In this document: positions 49,628 to 59,285 of the stretch, piece after piece
Numbering within the stretch: position 1 is the stretch's first letter
Layout of the letters: every line of letters starts with the position of its first letter
Assembly: GCA_024637275.1 (NCBI GenBank)
Contig: JAGXFS010000140.1
Coordinates: forward strand, 11,562-75,561
Source: Acidimicrobiia bacterium
GTDB lineage: Bacteria > Actinomycetota > Acidimicrobiia > Spongiisociales > JAENVV01
Reading direction: 5' to 3'
Length of the DNA stretch: 64,000 bases
Position numbers and translations under genes: made by a program
The notes under the pieces: generated by a model
What the model was told of the DNA's origin: nothing
Seen by the model: only the letters and a program-made list of their open reading frames with translations
The model's database searches: none

Positions 49628-49738
49628 GTAGCCAACGCGTCGTCGTATCTCAGGCGTCGATCCTTCCCCAACGCTTCGTGGCGGCATTTTTAGTCCCAGA
49701 GATCATCGCAAAGGGCCCGGGGTAGTAGCCTGACGTCC

Positions 49739-50698
49739 ATGAGCAGGGTAGGACTGGTCCTCGGTGGTGGGGGCGTTACTGGTGCGTCGTACGAAATGGC
49801 GGCGCTCATGGCTATTGAGATGGCAACCGGCTGGGACCCCAATAGCTCTGACGTCATTGTCGGTACGTCAGCAGGCGCTTTTGTCGGTGGCATCGTCCGA
49901 TCTAACCGGTTGGATTTATCCAGTGTGGTAAAACCCGGCGACAACCATGGCGACGTCGCAGCCCGCATCTCCAAGCAGTTGTTCCGGCCGACCCGATCGG
50001 GTGCCGGTGTCAGCCGCTGGGTCCGGCATGGAATCGTTCCCGGGCTCCGCCGCCCCGGCTTGCGGTTAATCCTCGGGTCACCCGGCATGTTTGATTCAAA
50101 CGCCATCGCCGAGTGGATGGAATTCCACGTCGAAGACGCCGCCCACCATTGGCCAGACCGACCACTCCTCATCGCCGCGTATGACCTCGAGCGAAAACGA
50201 CGGGTCGTTTTTGGATCGGACGAATCGGAAAAAGTCACCCTGGGCCAGGCGGTCGCCGCATCCTCGGCGGTTCCCATGATCTTTTCTCCCTACAGTGTGA
50301 ACGGTTCCACCTACGTCGATGGCGGGGTCCTATCAGGTACCCACGCCGATCTGGTCCTCGGTAGCCCCGCTCCCCTCGATCTCGTCCTGATTTTGGCCCC
50401 GATGGCTGCCACCGAGAAACGAATCCGAGCCACACCCATCGAAACCCTCCTTGATCGAGTCGGGCAGACAGCCCTTGAGTCGGAACTTGCCACGATTCGC
50501 GAGGCATGGCCAAACACCGACATCGTGGTGTTGCGACCCGAACCGGACGTACTCGCCAAGATGCGCCCGAATCCGATGAAACCTGAGTTGGCGGTTCCTA
50601 GCTTCGTTCAGACACTTACTTCGATGACAACCAAACTGGCCCACTCAAGTGTCTGGGACAAACTCCACCGGCACCTGCAGGCCGGAAGAGTCGCCTAA
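49739..50698 (+). CDS. Patatin-like phospholipase
   Basis: 319 aa with the oxyanion motif GGGGVTG, the nucleophile elbow GTSAG and a DGG catalytic Asp region. Confidence 0.8.
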   Translation: MSRVGLVLGGGGVTGASYEMAALMAIEMATGWDPNSSDVIVGTSAGAFVGGIVRSNRLDLSSVVKPGDNHGDVAARISKQLFRPTRSGAGVSRWVRHGIVPGLRRPGLRLILGSPGMFDSNAIAEWMEFHVEDAAHHWPDRPLLIAAYDLERKRRVVFGSDESEKVTLGQAVAASSAVPMIFSPYSVNGSTYVDGGVLSGTHADLVLGSPAPLDLVLILAPMAATEKRIRATPIETLLDRVGQTALESELATIREAWPNTDIVVLRPEPDVLAKMRPNPMKPELAVPSFVQTLTSMTTKLAHSSVWDKLHRHLQAGRVA

Positions 50699-50707
50699 CG
50701 GCGGGCC

Positions 50708-51598
50708 TTAGCGGCCGTTACGGCTGAAGTGCATCCAGTCCTTGAGCGACGACCAGTCCCCACCCCAACCCCACCCGATCGACCGAAACGCCTCCGTAAC
50801 AGCATCGTCATCTGCGATTATCCCGGCTGCGCCGGTTGTCCGATCTGTGTAGTAGTCCGCCAGTTCAGGCAACACGAGGTCGCCCTTCCAATAGGGATTT
50901 TGAAATGGGTTGACGTCGATCGCCAGACCATAGGCATGCTGGGACCAATTGGTTCCGCCGGTGGCCGGCCGGCATACGAAGACGGTCGTGTTGTTACCGT
51001 CGCCGGTCGGGGCCAGGTCCAGTTCTGGCGCCGAAACCACCCGCATTTCCTCAATTGGATACCGCGCGGCAAACAACGACTCGAACACCTTCACCATCTC
51101 TGGGGCGGCGCTCTGATTCACCACCAGCTCACCGGTATGCAGGAGGCCATCGAACCCCAGGTGGCTCACCGTCACATACGAGAGATCATCGACATCAACC
51201 GGACAGCCTTCGTTCCAGGTTGAACGGGCAAGGACCTCGCCGGGTACCGGGCCAATCGCGAACTGGAATTCTGCGCTCGTAGGTGGTGCGAGCGTGTCGA
51301 CGGTCCCAAATGCTCGTCCGATGAGCTCGGGAGGCGTCGGGCGCACCTCGCCGAACCCTCGCTCGTCAACGGGCAGGACAATCGTTCCCAACCACACCGG
51401 CCGCCCATACGCATCGACGAGCGGCATGCGCGTTGTGCTCGTGGTCGATGGCGCGACGGTGGTGATGGTTGAGGACCCGACGGGAGGAACTGCAGCAACG
51501 GTGTTACTGGTTGCCGGCGAGAACAAGCTCGTCGCAACCGGTTGGCTAAGCGCTGTGGAGCAAGCCGTCAGAACGAGAACGAACCCGAGATAGCGCAC
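50708..51598 (-). CDS. M15-family (VanY / D-Ala-D-Ala carboxypeptidase-like) zinc peptidase lipoprotein
   Basis: Signal peptide with lipobox (VLVLTACST), an S/T/P-rich linker, and a C-terminal region with HAYGLAIDVN and WGGDW...DWMHF motifs typical of the M15 / Hedgehog-peptidase fold. Confidence 0.55.
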   Translation of the reverse strand: MRYLGFVLVLTACSTALSQPVATSLFSPATSNTVAAVPPVGSSTITTVAPSTTSTTRMPLVDAYGRPVWLGTIVLPVDERGFGEVRPTPPELIGRAFGTVDTLAPPTSAEFQFAIGPVPGEVLARSTWNEGCPVDVDDLSYVTVSHLGFDGLLHTGELVVNQSAAPEMVKVFESLFAARYPIEEMRVVSAPELDLAPTGDGNNTTVFVCRPATGGTNWSQHAYGLAIDVNPFQNPYWKGDLVLPELADYYTDRTTGAAGIIADDDAVTEAFRSIGWGWGGDWSSLKDWMHFSRNGR

Positions 51599-51739
51599 TA
51601 TGTCAGATTACTACCGTCGCTGCCGGGTCACCCGACAGGATTCGCTCACGAAGACTAGGTTGCACGGAGACATCACCGACAACGGTGAGTCGTTCGCCGA
51701 GAGCGGTTTGCTGCGCGGTCTTTCCGTCCGAGAAGAGGA

Positions 51740-52579
51740 GTGAGCATGGGCACGAGGTCCAAACTATTCGTGGCGTTATTCGCCTTGCTGGTAATGCTGG
51801 CAGCCGCAGTCCCGGCCATCGCCATCACCGACGGCGAACCCACTACCGACCATCCGGAGGTCGTTCTGATCCTCATGGAAGTTGAGGGGCAACCGGCGTT
51901 TCGTTGCTCGGGCGCTCTGATGAGTCCGACCATCGTCTTGACAGCCGGACACTGCGCCGGCGCGCCAGGCGAGTTCTCGGGGATGCGGGTCTACACGGAG
52001 GCAGATGTCCAGAATGGCGAGAATAGTTATCCATTCGCCGGCGCCAACTCCATCGAAGCTGTCAACTGGGCTGCCCATCCCGCCTACCCATTCGGTCCAT
52101 TCTTCCTGAATGACGTCGGCATGATCGAACTGGAAGGTCCTGGCGCCCACTGGATTGAAGCCGAAAACTTCGCCAAGCTTCCAGGCGTGGACTCACTAGA
52201 CAAGCTCAAGACGCGACGCGGTAAGCAAGACGTCACCTTCAATGCGGTTGGATACGGACTTCAGCAGATCAATCCTGTCTTTGTCCAGGCGGATCTGGTC
52301 CGGTACGAAGCGCGTCCAAAGCTCAACCAGATCAACGTCCCGGGTTTTACCGGGAACTTCTCGCTCTTGCTGTCAAACAATCACTCGACCGGTGGAACGT
52401 GTTTCGGCGACTCTGGTGGACCGAACTATCTCGGCGACGGTGAATCTCGAGTAGTCGGAGCGGTAACGTCGTTCGGCATCAACGGCAACTGTGCAGGCAC
52501 CGGCGGGGTCTTCAGGGTTGATCGCCAAAACGTTCAGGATTTTGTGAACGCTTTCATCGACTCCCCGTACACTCCGTAA
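51740..52579 (+). CDS. Secreted trypsin-like serine protease (S1 family)
   Basis: Signal peptide, catalytic His (LTAGHCAG), Asp and Ser (GDSGGP) motifs, and Cys pairs for disulfides. Confidence 0.8.
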   Translation: MSMGTRSKLFVALFALLVMLAAAVPAIAITDGEPTTDHPEVVLILMEVEGQPAFRCSGALMSPTIVLTAGHCAGAPGEFSGMRVYTEADVQNGENSYPFAGANSIEAVNWAAHPAYPFGPFFLNDVGMIELEGPGAHWIEAENFAKLPGVDSLDKLKTRRGKQDVTFNAVGYGLQQINPVFVQADLVRYEARPKLNQINVPGFTGNFSLLLSNNHSTGGTCFGDSGGPNYLGDGESRVVGAVTSFGINGNCAGTGGVFRVDRQNVQDFVNAFIDSPYTP

Positions 52580-52598
52580 CCAAAAGAAACCAGAATCC

Positions 52599-52624
52599 TT
52601 GGAGGGACCTTCGGGTCCCTCCAA
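52599..52624 (+). terminator. GC-rich hairpin, putative intrinsic terminator after the trypsin-like protease gene
   Basis: ttggagggacc-ttcg-ggtccctccaa, a perfect 11-bp stem with a tetraloop, 20 nt after the stop. No U-tract follows, as is common for actinobacterial I-shaped terminators. Confidence 0.35.
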
Positions 52625-52731
52625 CGCGTGCCCCGACCGTCTCCAGGGCTCTCATACCCATGACTTACGCGGTAGGCGAGTATCGTCCAGCCCGTATCGG
52701 GTTAACGACCTTGGGCTGAGGACGGAGAAAC

Positions 52732-53541
52732 ATGGGCAGAATCCGCAATACCATCGCACTAGCCAAAGCGTCGTGGCAGGTGCTCCTCTCCGACAAGGAA
52801 CTGATCTGGCTCCCGGTCCTCTCGGGTATCGCCGCAATCATCATGGGGGCTACGTTCATCCTGCCCGTCGTACTCACGTCTAGTGACGGACCATTGGGGT
52901 GGATCGCAGCCGCCGCCTTCTACTTCACCACCAGCTTCGTCGTGATCTTCTTCAATACCGCCCTCGTCAGCGCCGCCCATGAGCGACTCGCTGGTGGCGA
53001 CCCCACGATCAAATCGGCAATCGGCGCGGCCGTCTCCCACCTACCAGCCATCGCCGGTTGGGCGGCTATCAGCGCCACCGTATCGGCCATCCTCAAAGCC
53101 ATTGAGGAACGGGCCGGGATTGTCGGGTCGATCGTGTCCTCGATTGCAGGCCTGGCCTGGACATTGGTGACGTTTCTCGTCATCCCCGTATACGTCATTG
53201 AGGGCGGAGGAGTCGTCCCTGCCATCAAACGATCAGCCAACCTTTTCAAAGCTACCTGGGGAGAAAACATGGTGGCCAACGTCGGGTTCGGCATCATCGG
53301 TTTCCTAGCCATGCTGCCGTTCATCCTTCTCGCGATTCTGGCAATCATGAGCCAGGTCGGGGGACTGGCCGTAGCCGGGATCATTGTCGCCGTTGTCGGG
53401 ATTGTGGCGGTCACCATTGTGATGTCGACACTTTCGGGCATCTTTCAAACCGCTCTCTACATGTACGCATCGACCGGTACGGTGCCTGCAGCGTTTGCGT
53501 CGGCCGATCTGCCGGGAGCGTTTCGCCCCAAGCGTCGCTAG
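52732..53541 (+). CDS. Polytopic membrane protein of unknown function
   Basis: 269 aa with about 6 TM helices. No recognisable catalytic motif. Confidence 0.4.
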   Translation: MGRIRNTIALAKASWQVLLSDKELIWLPVLSGIAAIIMGATFILPVVLTSSDGPLGWIAAAAFYFTTSFVVIFFNTALVSAAHERLAGGDPTIKSAIGAAVSHLPAIAGWAAISATVSAILKAIEERAGIVGSIVSSIAGLAWTLVTFLVIPVYVIEGGGVVPAIKRSANLFKATWGENMVANVGFGIIGFLAMLPFILLAILAIMSQVGGLAVAGIIVAVVGIVAVTIVMSTLSGIFQTALYMYASTGTVPAAFASADLPGAFRPKRR

Positions 53542-53864
53542 TCACTCTCGGGGCGGTCGACCCGGCGATGGCCCGGTTTGCGTCGGACGAGAAATCCGAA
53601 GGCAGAAATCAAAGCTGACAAGGCAAATCCCCAGAGGATCAGGCGCGGAGCCAATACGAGGAACAGCGCGAAAGACCCAATGCCCGCCCAGACGGCACGA
53701 TTCACGTGCCCGGCGCTCGGCAGCACGAACCATATAGCTCCAAGGACAACACTGGCCCGGATGAACACGCCACCCAGGTCCCCTTCTCCACCGGCAGTTG
53801 CCATCATGGAGCTGCCGACAATGAAGAGAACGAGCGAGACGATGCCGAGAGCGGTACGGTTCAT
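53538..53864 (-). CDS. Small membrane protein (3 TM) of unknown function
   Basis: 108 aa and hydrophobic. Convergent with, and overlapping by 4 nt, the upstream membrane protein gene. Confidence 0.3.
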   Translation of the reverse strand: MNRTALGIVSLVLFIVGSSMMATAGGEGDLGGVFIRASVVLGAIWFVLPSAGHVNRAVWAGIGSFALFLVLAPRLILWGFALSALISAFGFLVRRKPGHRRVDRPESD

Positions 53865-53962
53865 GTCGCTACCCTACGGCCTGCCAGGGCCCGCGTATTT
53901 CAATCTCGCAAAAGAGACTCTTGCAACGGTCGCTTCGCGCAGAAGACACCAAGGAGAGCACT

Positions 53963-54916
53963 GTGAAAGTTGGCTTCATTGGACTCGGGAACGTCGGCTC
54001 AAAGCTGGCTGGAAGTCTGGTTCGTAACGGGTTCGACGTCATCGTTCGAGACCTCGACCTGACGGCGATGACCCCGCTCATCGCCGCGGGTGCGACTGCG
54101 GGAACATCCCCGGCCTCGATGGCCCGACTCTGCGACGTTGTGATCACTTGTCTGCCCAGCCCATCCATTTCTGCGGCGGTGGTGGAGGGAGACGGCGGCC
54201 TGATCGAGGGGCTCTCAGCCGGGAAGATCTGGGCGGAAATGTCGACAACGGACCAGACAGAAGTTCTCCGCCTCGGAGAGAAAGTCATGGCGACAGGAGC
54301 TTCTGCCATCGACTGCCCGGTGTCGGGCGGCTGCCATCGGGCGGCCACAGGGAACATCTCGATCTTCGGAGGTGCCGAACGCTCTACATTCGAACAGATG
54401 CTGCCCTTGTTGACAGCGATGGGCCGGGAAGTACTTCACACCGGTCCCCTGGGATCAGCGTCGGTTCTCAAGGTGGTCACCAACTATTTGGCGACCGCCA
54501 ATCTTGTTTCCCTCGCAGAGGCGCTCGTGACGTCACAAATGGCGGGAATGGACCTCAACACCACGTACGAGGGGATCCGCATCTCGTCGGGGAACTCATT
54601 CGTGCACGAGACGGAAAGCCAGGTCATCCTTAACGGCTCCCGGGACATCAACTTCACGATGGACCTGGTCGTGAAAGACATTTCGCTGTTCCAATCGGTG
54701 GCGGACCGGGCAGGTGTACAACTTGAACTCTCGCCGCTCCTTCTCAGGATATTCCAGGAGGCCGAGCAAACCTACGGGCCGCGGGAATGGTCGCCAAACA
54801 TCATCCGTCGGCTCGAGGAGCCGCTCGGGATTCGTGTAACCGCTCCGGGTTTTCCGGCCGAAATGACCGACGACGAGCCAGAAGTCGCCGGGCACGAGAT
54901 TCATCCGAGGCGCTGA
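53963..54916 (+). CDS. NAD(P)-dependent oxidoreductase, 3-hydroxyisobutyrate / 6-phosphogluconate dehydrogenase-like
   Basis: GTG start preceded by AAGGAG (VKVGFIGLGNVGSKLA is a Rossmann GxGxxG motif). Catalytic Lys region. The track ORF starts at 53921. Confidence 0.7.
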   Translation: MKVGFIGLGNVGSKLAGSLVRNGFDVIVRDLDLTAMTPLIAAGATAGTSPASMARLCDVVITCLPSPSISAAVVEGDGGLIEGLSAGKIWAEMSTTDQTEVLRLGEKVMATGASAIDCPVSGGCHRAATGNISIFGGAERSTFEQMLPLLTAMGREVLHTGPLGSASVLKVVTNYLATANLVSLAEALVTSQMAGMDLNTTYEGIRISSGNSFVHETESQVILNGSRDINFTMDLVVKDISLFQSVADRAGVQLELSPLLLRIFQEAEQTYGPREWSPNIIRRLEEPLGIRVTAPGFPAEMTDDEPEVAGHEIHPRR

Positions 54917-54937
54917 CCAGACCGCCGCTGGCTCCAG

Positions 54938-55663
54938 CTAAATCGCCTCAATCGCATACGGAGTAAGCCGCTCGTAGTGCGCGAGGCATACGTCAAGTAA
55001 GTCTCGCAGATGATCCGGGACCGCTTGACGCTCGGGACGCGGCGCACCAAATCCGGTCGTGGCGTGGACACTGGCATACCAGTGCGACGCCCAGACGCCG
55101 TCTTCGGGTTTTGGGCCGGCCGGCCAGTGCAACATGGCAGGCTCCCACGCAATGTTTAGGCGCTCGCACAGGGCCTTGAGGACGCCCTCAGGGTTCGCCA
55201 GAACCGCCGGAGCGACAACCACGATCGGCTCCTGGCCGTTGGCGAGCATCCAGTCCAATATCGCGGTCTGATAGGTGTAGCCGGTATCGCGAACCGTTGG
55301 CGTGGCCGTCATCCCCTCATCGAGCGACACCAGCTGATCGGCCGGAGGGCGACAGAGAATGAAATTCTGAAGACTGCTCAGTAGATCAAGGTTCAATCCA
55401 TCCGTGTGATGGGCCATGTTTTTGAAAAACCGCACGTCATCTGTCGTGTCGCGGGCCATGTCGGCCAGGACTGAATCAACGTCACAGTCCATGTCGTCGA
55501 TAACGTCTTGAACTCCGGGATGAGCGACATCGTCGACTCGCGTGAGGTACGCCCCGTACAGTGGTTCGTCATAGACCCGCGTATCTGACCGTTGTCCGAA
55601 CGAGTACATCATGGCAGTCGAAATGTTCCGGGGGCCCGACCACATCGAAATCTTCTGGCTCAT
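54938..55663 (-). CDS. Sulfotransferase-like / P-loop-containing hypothetical protein
   Basis: 241 aa. N-terminal WSGPRNISTAMMY resembles a sulfotransferase PAPS-binding loop. 4-nt overlap with the upstream aminotransferase gene. Weak assignment. Confidence 0.3.
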   Translation of the reverse strand: MSQKISMWSGPRNISTAMMYSFGQRSDTRVYDEPLYGAYLTRVDDVAHPGVQDVIDDMDCDVDSVLADMARDTTDDVRFFKNMAHHTDGLNLDLLSSLQNFILCRPPADQLVSLDEGMTATPTVRDTGYTYQTAILDWMLANGQEPIVVVAPAVLANPEGVLKALCERLNIAWEPAMLHWPAGPKPEDGVWASHWYASVHATTGFGAPRPERQAVPDHLRDLLDVCLAHYERLTPYAIEAI

Positions 55664-56583
55664 GGCGTTTTCCTCGTGGCGATATCCGCTGAGACGGCCT
55701 TTTCGTACAGATCGGTAAGTGCGGACGTTATCGGTCCGGCGTTCCCGTCCCCGAACTCGATACCGTCGACCGATCGAACCGGCGTGATTCCACCGAAGGT
55801 ACCTGTGACGAACGCCTCATCGGCTCCGTGCACGAGGTCAAGCGGGAAGTCGGCCACGTTGATCGGCATCTCGGATCCGCGACAGACTTCGATAACGACC
55901 TCACGGGTGATTCCGGGGAGGCAGTACTCCCCCGTTGACGTCCACACTTCACCGTCAGTGATTGCGAAGAAGTTCGTGGCGTTACAGGTCGCGACGTGGC
56001 CATTTACGTCAAGCATGAGCGCCTCGTCACATCCAGCCTCAACGGCCTCAATCAAGGCCATGACCTCGTGCAGTTTGGAATGACAGTTGATGCGCTGATC
56101 AAGCGTGTTCGGCGGGGGCCGACGAACGGAGGAAGTATGCAGGGTCACGCCCGACCGAGCCACTGACGGGTCAGCTTGTTTGTACTCGGGAATGATCACG
56201 ATCGTAGGCCCGGAGACCAGGTTCGAAGGATGCTGGGAAGGCGTCTTTTTGCGACCGCGTGACACCATCAGACGGACGTGCACCCCGTCGACCATCTCGT
56301 TGCGCTGCAGGACTTCCTCAAGCAGGCTGGTCATTCCCGCTCGGTCCATGCCGAGGTCTATCCCCGTGCGTGCTGATGCCGAGAACAACCGATCGAGATG
56401 GCGATCCAGGAAGGCCAGCTGGCCGTCATGCAATCGGATGCCTTCCCAGATGCCGTCACCCACCAAAAAGGCCGAGTCGAACACCGATACCTTCGCTTCG
56501 TGCCGTAGGGAGTACTCCCCGTCGACGTAAATAAGAATGTGTTCATTTCGTTCGTCGGCAAGCGCTTGATGAGTCGAAGGCAT
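55660..56583 (-). CDS. Class IV aminotransferase (branched-chain / D-amino acid aminotransferase or aminodeoxychorismate lyase family)
   Basis: 307 aa with fold-type IV PLP motifs (catalytic Lys region, ...EAFVTGT... near the C-terminus). Confidence 0.7.
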   Translation of the reverse strand: MPSTHQALADERNEHILIYVDGEYSLRHEAKVSVFDSAFLVGDGIWEGIRLHDGQLAFLDRHLDRLFSASARTGIDLGMDRAGMTSLLEEVLQRNEMVDGVHVRLMVSRGRKKTPSQHPSNLVSGPTIVIIPEYKQADPSVARSGVTLHTSSVRRPPPNTLDQRINCHSKLHEVMALIEAVEAGCDEALMLDVNGHVATCNATNFFAITDGEVWTSTGEYCLPGITREVVIEVCRGSEMPINVADFPLDLVHGADEAFVTGTFGGITPVRSVDGIEFGDGNAGPITSALTDLYEKAVSADIATRKTP

Positions 56584-56632
56584 GCTGTCACGCTAGCGCT
56601 GATGCCCGGACCCAGACCGGCCGATCGCACCG

Positions 56633-57229
56633 TCACATACCGGGCAAACCTACGGCAATTGCCGCGAACACGGCCATGGCGCTTATCGGCAGTGCGATGA
56701 GCGCCTTTTTGACTTTGCTTGGGACCGGAGCGCCGTCGACCGCTGGAGCGAAAACGACCGAAAAGGCCCATGCTTCGATCACCAGCATCGGAGCGTACCA
56801 ACCGACCGCCAGGACCGACCCGAGGGCACTGAGGGTCGACCCTCCAAGAATGCTCTCTTGGACCACGGGAACCTGTGCCGCTACCGCGGCCAGCCCAAGA
56901 ATGCCCCGGAGCCAGATGGGCCGCGGACGACCAATGGCAGCCGCCCCGAAGACAACCGACGGCCACATGACCGCCCCGCCACCTCCCAACAACATGAGCG
57001 AAATGATGGACGTACGCCACCAACCCACTCCCCCAGCCATGCGACGGGTGCGCGCCAGTCCCAGCGTGGCTCCAACGATGGTTGCCGCCAGCAGAATGAA
57101 GAACGTACCGCTCCAACTGAATTCGGGGCTACCCGAAATGAAGCGCATCCAGGTCCGCAGAACTGCCCCCCACAGCAGTCCGAGAAGAGCGCCGGCCACA
57201 ATGGGCCGGCGCTTCATCAGCGACATCAT
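56633..57229 (-). CDS. Polytopic membrane protein translationally coupled to the upstream SodC-like gene
   Basis: 198 aa with about 6 TM helices. Its start codon overlaps the stop of the SodC-like ORF. Confidence 0.35.
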   Translation of the reverse strand: MMSLMKRRPIVAGALLGLLWGAVLRTWMRFISGSPEFSWSGTFFILLAATIVGATLGLARTRRMAGGVGWWRTSIISLMLLGGGGAVMWPSVVFGAAAIGRPRPIWLRGILGLAAVAAQVPVVQESILGGSTLSALGSVLAVGWYAPMLVIEAWAFSVVFAPAVDGAPVPSKVKKALIALPISAMAVFAAIAVGLPGM

Positions 57230-57723
57230 TAGAACTCCAATGGAATGCAGCCCAACCTCGCCCCGGCAAACCCGGTCGATTGGGTCTCAAGCGCATGCAC
57301 CATGATGGATTGCGCCGCCCCGGGGGCGATTTCAAACGGAACGACGGCCGTGGCATGGCCCGTCCCGCCATTGGTGATCGTAAAGTCCAACCAAACCTCC
57401 GTTTCTGGCGAGGCTACGGCACCAGCCACCTTGTAGTGGCCGAGAGCGGCAGCTCCGTTCTCTGCGACACACGGACCGATGTGGACGTGGGCGCCGAGGC
57501 GCCGGCCCGCCTCACTGCGGTCGAGATCCTTCACGTTCAGCACCACTGAGGTCCGGCCGTCGCTGACCTTCGCCGATGCCACTGCCCATGCCCCGTCTGT
57601 CGGGTCAGCAAGCGAGCTGACATCCGATAAAGGCGCCTTTGAGAAAATAGCGTTTCCGGCCGCAGTCGAGACCAGCCCCAATGCGAGTATTGCAACCATG
57701 ACCATCGAACGATGGGTGTTCAT
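57229..57723 (-). CDS. Cu/Zn superoxide dismutase-like (SodC family) secreted protein, possibly Cu-only
   Basis: Signal peptide. GAHVHIGPC (Cu His pair), MVHALETQ (His120-like) and C-terminal GARLGCIPL resemble SodC motifs. The Zn-loop His/Asp ligands are not evident. Confidence 0.5.
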   Translation of the reverse strand: MNTHRSMVMVAILALGLVSTAAGNAIFSKAPLSDVSSLADPTDGAWAVASAKVSDGRTSVVLNVKDLDRSEAGRRLGAHVHIGPCVAENGAAALGHYKVAGAVASPETEVWLDFTITNGGTGHATAVVPFEIAPGAAQSIMVHALETQSTGFAGARLGCIPLEF

Positions 57724-57849
57724 CGGACCCTCCTTTTGTTATTTGATCCGCTAACCCACAGACGGGCAAGGTGGCGAATCCGGGTGACGCGGAAAGAAAA
57801 TATTTTCTCGTGTCACCCGAAGGGGTCCGCTCGTCCGTCTGTAGGCGCG

Positions 57850-58419
57850 ATGGTGTTAAACATGCGTGCTTCCCGAACGACCTTTTCGTCGGCGACGCCG
57901 TTAGCCCACACAGAGACCGGCGAAGTCAACTCGCTGGTAGGACGCCTCTTCGCCGAGGAGGCCACCAACCTCGTACGGTTGGCGCGCTTTTTCGTCGACG
58001 ACCGCACCGCCGCCGAAGATCTCGTCCAGGAAGCCTTCATCAGGCTGTCTCGGTCCATTCATCGAATTCACGACGAGGAAAAGATTAAGCCGTATCTGCG
58101 CTCCATCGTTCTCAATCTGGCCAGGGACCACAACCGACGCGGCCTAATGTCGCTAAGACACCGGCCCCCGGCCGACCCCGACCCGCCGGGCATCGACGAC
58201 CAAGCAGTCCTTGACGACGACCGACGGTTGGTCATCGCCGCGCTCCGAGAACTCGCTCCCGGACAACGCAATGTGCTCGTGCTTCGCTACTACATGGAAC
58301 TGTCCGTCGCTGAAACTGCTGCCACGCTTGGCGTCTCAACCAACACCGTGAAAACCCAACAGCGGCGCGGCTTGGCTGCCCTGGAGCAACGGTTGGAGGC
58401 CGATCATGACCACGCTTGA
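57850..58419 (+). CDS. ECF-type RNA polymerase sigma factor
   Basis: Sigma-70 region 2 (DLVQEAFIRLSRS...) and region 4 (NVLVLRYYMELSVAETAATLGVSTNTVKTQQRRGLAALEQ). Start at the internal ATG at 57850; the track ORF starts at 57712. Confidence 0.8.
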   Translation: MVLNMRASRTTFSSATPLAHTETGEVNSLVGRLFAEEATNLVRLARFFVDDRTAAEDLVQEAFIRLSRSIHRIHDEEKIKPYLRSIVLNLARDHNRRGLMSLRHRPPADPDPPGIDDQAVLDDDRRLVIAALRELAPGQRNVLVLRYYMELSVAETAATLGVSTNTVKTQQRRGLAALEQRLEADHDHA

Positions 58420-59023
58420 ACAGCGCCTCCACAACGCCCTGATAGGAAACGCAGTGATGACGGAGCCATCACCTGACCTGTTCGCCCGGGTGCGTGGCTC
58501 GATCGCCGACGACCGTCTGCGAAGGACCCGATTGCGGGCCCGCCTCGGAACAGTCGCGCTTCTGCTCGGGGCTCTGATCTCGGTTATCTATGGAACATCC
58601 ACGTACGAACAAGGGAGATTGCTCATGGAATGGTGGGTACTTGAGGCCATCACCACGGTCGTGCTCATAGGGCTTGCCCTATGGCTCGGCCCGTTCATCA
58701 AACGTTTTGGGCGCGCGTATGCGGCGGACGTGTTCAAGGCCAACCCGGCCACCGGCAAGAGCTTTATCTTGCTTGCCGATATTGTCTACTACCTGATTTT
58801 CGGCGCCTACATCTTGTTCTCGGTTCGCTTTCAACAGGAACGGGAATGGACGGATACTGTTGGAGCGGCACAGCTGCAGTGGGAAGTCGGTCGACTCGGA
58901 GGCATCCTTCTGATTATCGGCGTCCTGCACGGCGCCAACATCATCCTGATGCCCGTAATCGGCCGGCTCTTCTCGCTCAACCGACGCCTGGACGCCGAGC
59001 CGATCTCATCTGGCGATGAGTAA
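58406..59023 (+). CDS. Putative membrane-anchored anti-sigma factor
   Basis: Its start overlaps the sigma factor stop. A cytoplasmic N-terminal ~50 aa is followed by 4-5 TM helices. Assignment is by position and topology only. Confidence 0.45.
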   Translation: MTTLEQRLHNALIGNAVMTEPSPDLFARVRGSIADDRLRRTRLRARLGTVALLLGALISVIYGTSTYEQGRLLMEWWVLEAITTVVLIGLALWLGPFIKRFGRAYAADVFKANPATGKSFILLADIVYYLIFGAYILFSVRFQQEREWTDTVGAAQLQWEVGRLGGILLIIGVLHGANIILMPVIGRLFSLNRRLDAEPISSGDE

Positions 59024-59285
59024 CGAACGGGTCGGTTGGGAAGGCTGGGCCATTGCGTTCATCGCCGTAGTCGCGATCCCCGTGGGGCTCCTGTTCCTGC
59101 CCATCGTGGGCGGGGTCGGCGGCACCTCACACGCCCGTTTTCCACCCATAAATGCTCCGGCTCCTCCGATCGACCCGGTACGCCTGACCGTCGGCCTTGT
59201 CATCGCCGTGCTCCTCGTGGTGGCCGCCGCCTGGCTCATCCACACGACCGCTTGGGAGACGTCGGCTCAGACGGACGATCGGTAG
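59016..59285 (+). CDS. Small 2-TM membrane protein
   Basis: 89 aa. Overlaps the anti-sigma stop (coupled). Two hydrophobic helices. Confidence 0.3.
   Translation: MSNERVGWEGWAIAFIAVVAIPVGLLFLPIVGGVGGTSHARFPPINAPAPPIDPVRLTVGLVIAVLLVVAAAWLIHTTAWETSAQTDDR

Noticed and set aside
57724-57849. Searched for a canonical ECF-type promoter (GGAAC-N16/17-CGTCT) upstream of the sigma factor gene
   Set aside because: CGTCT is present, but no suitably spaced -35 GGAAC-like element was found, so no promoter feature is reported. Only the AT palindrome is noted in the findings.
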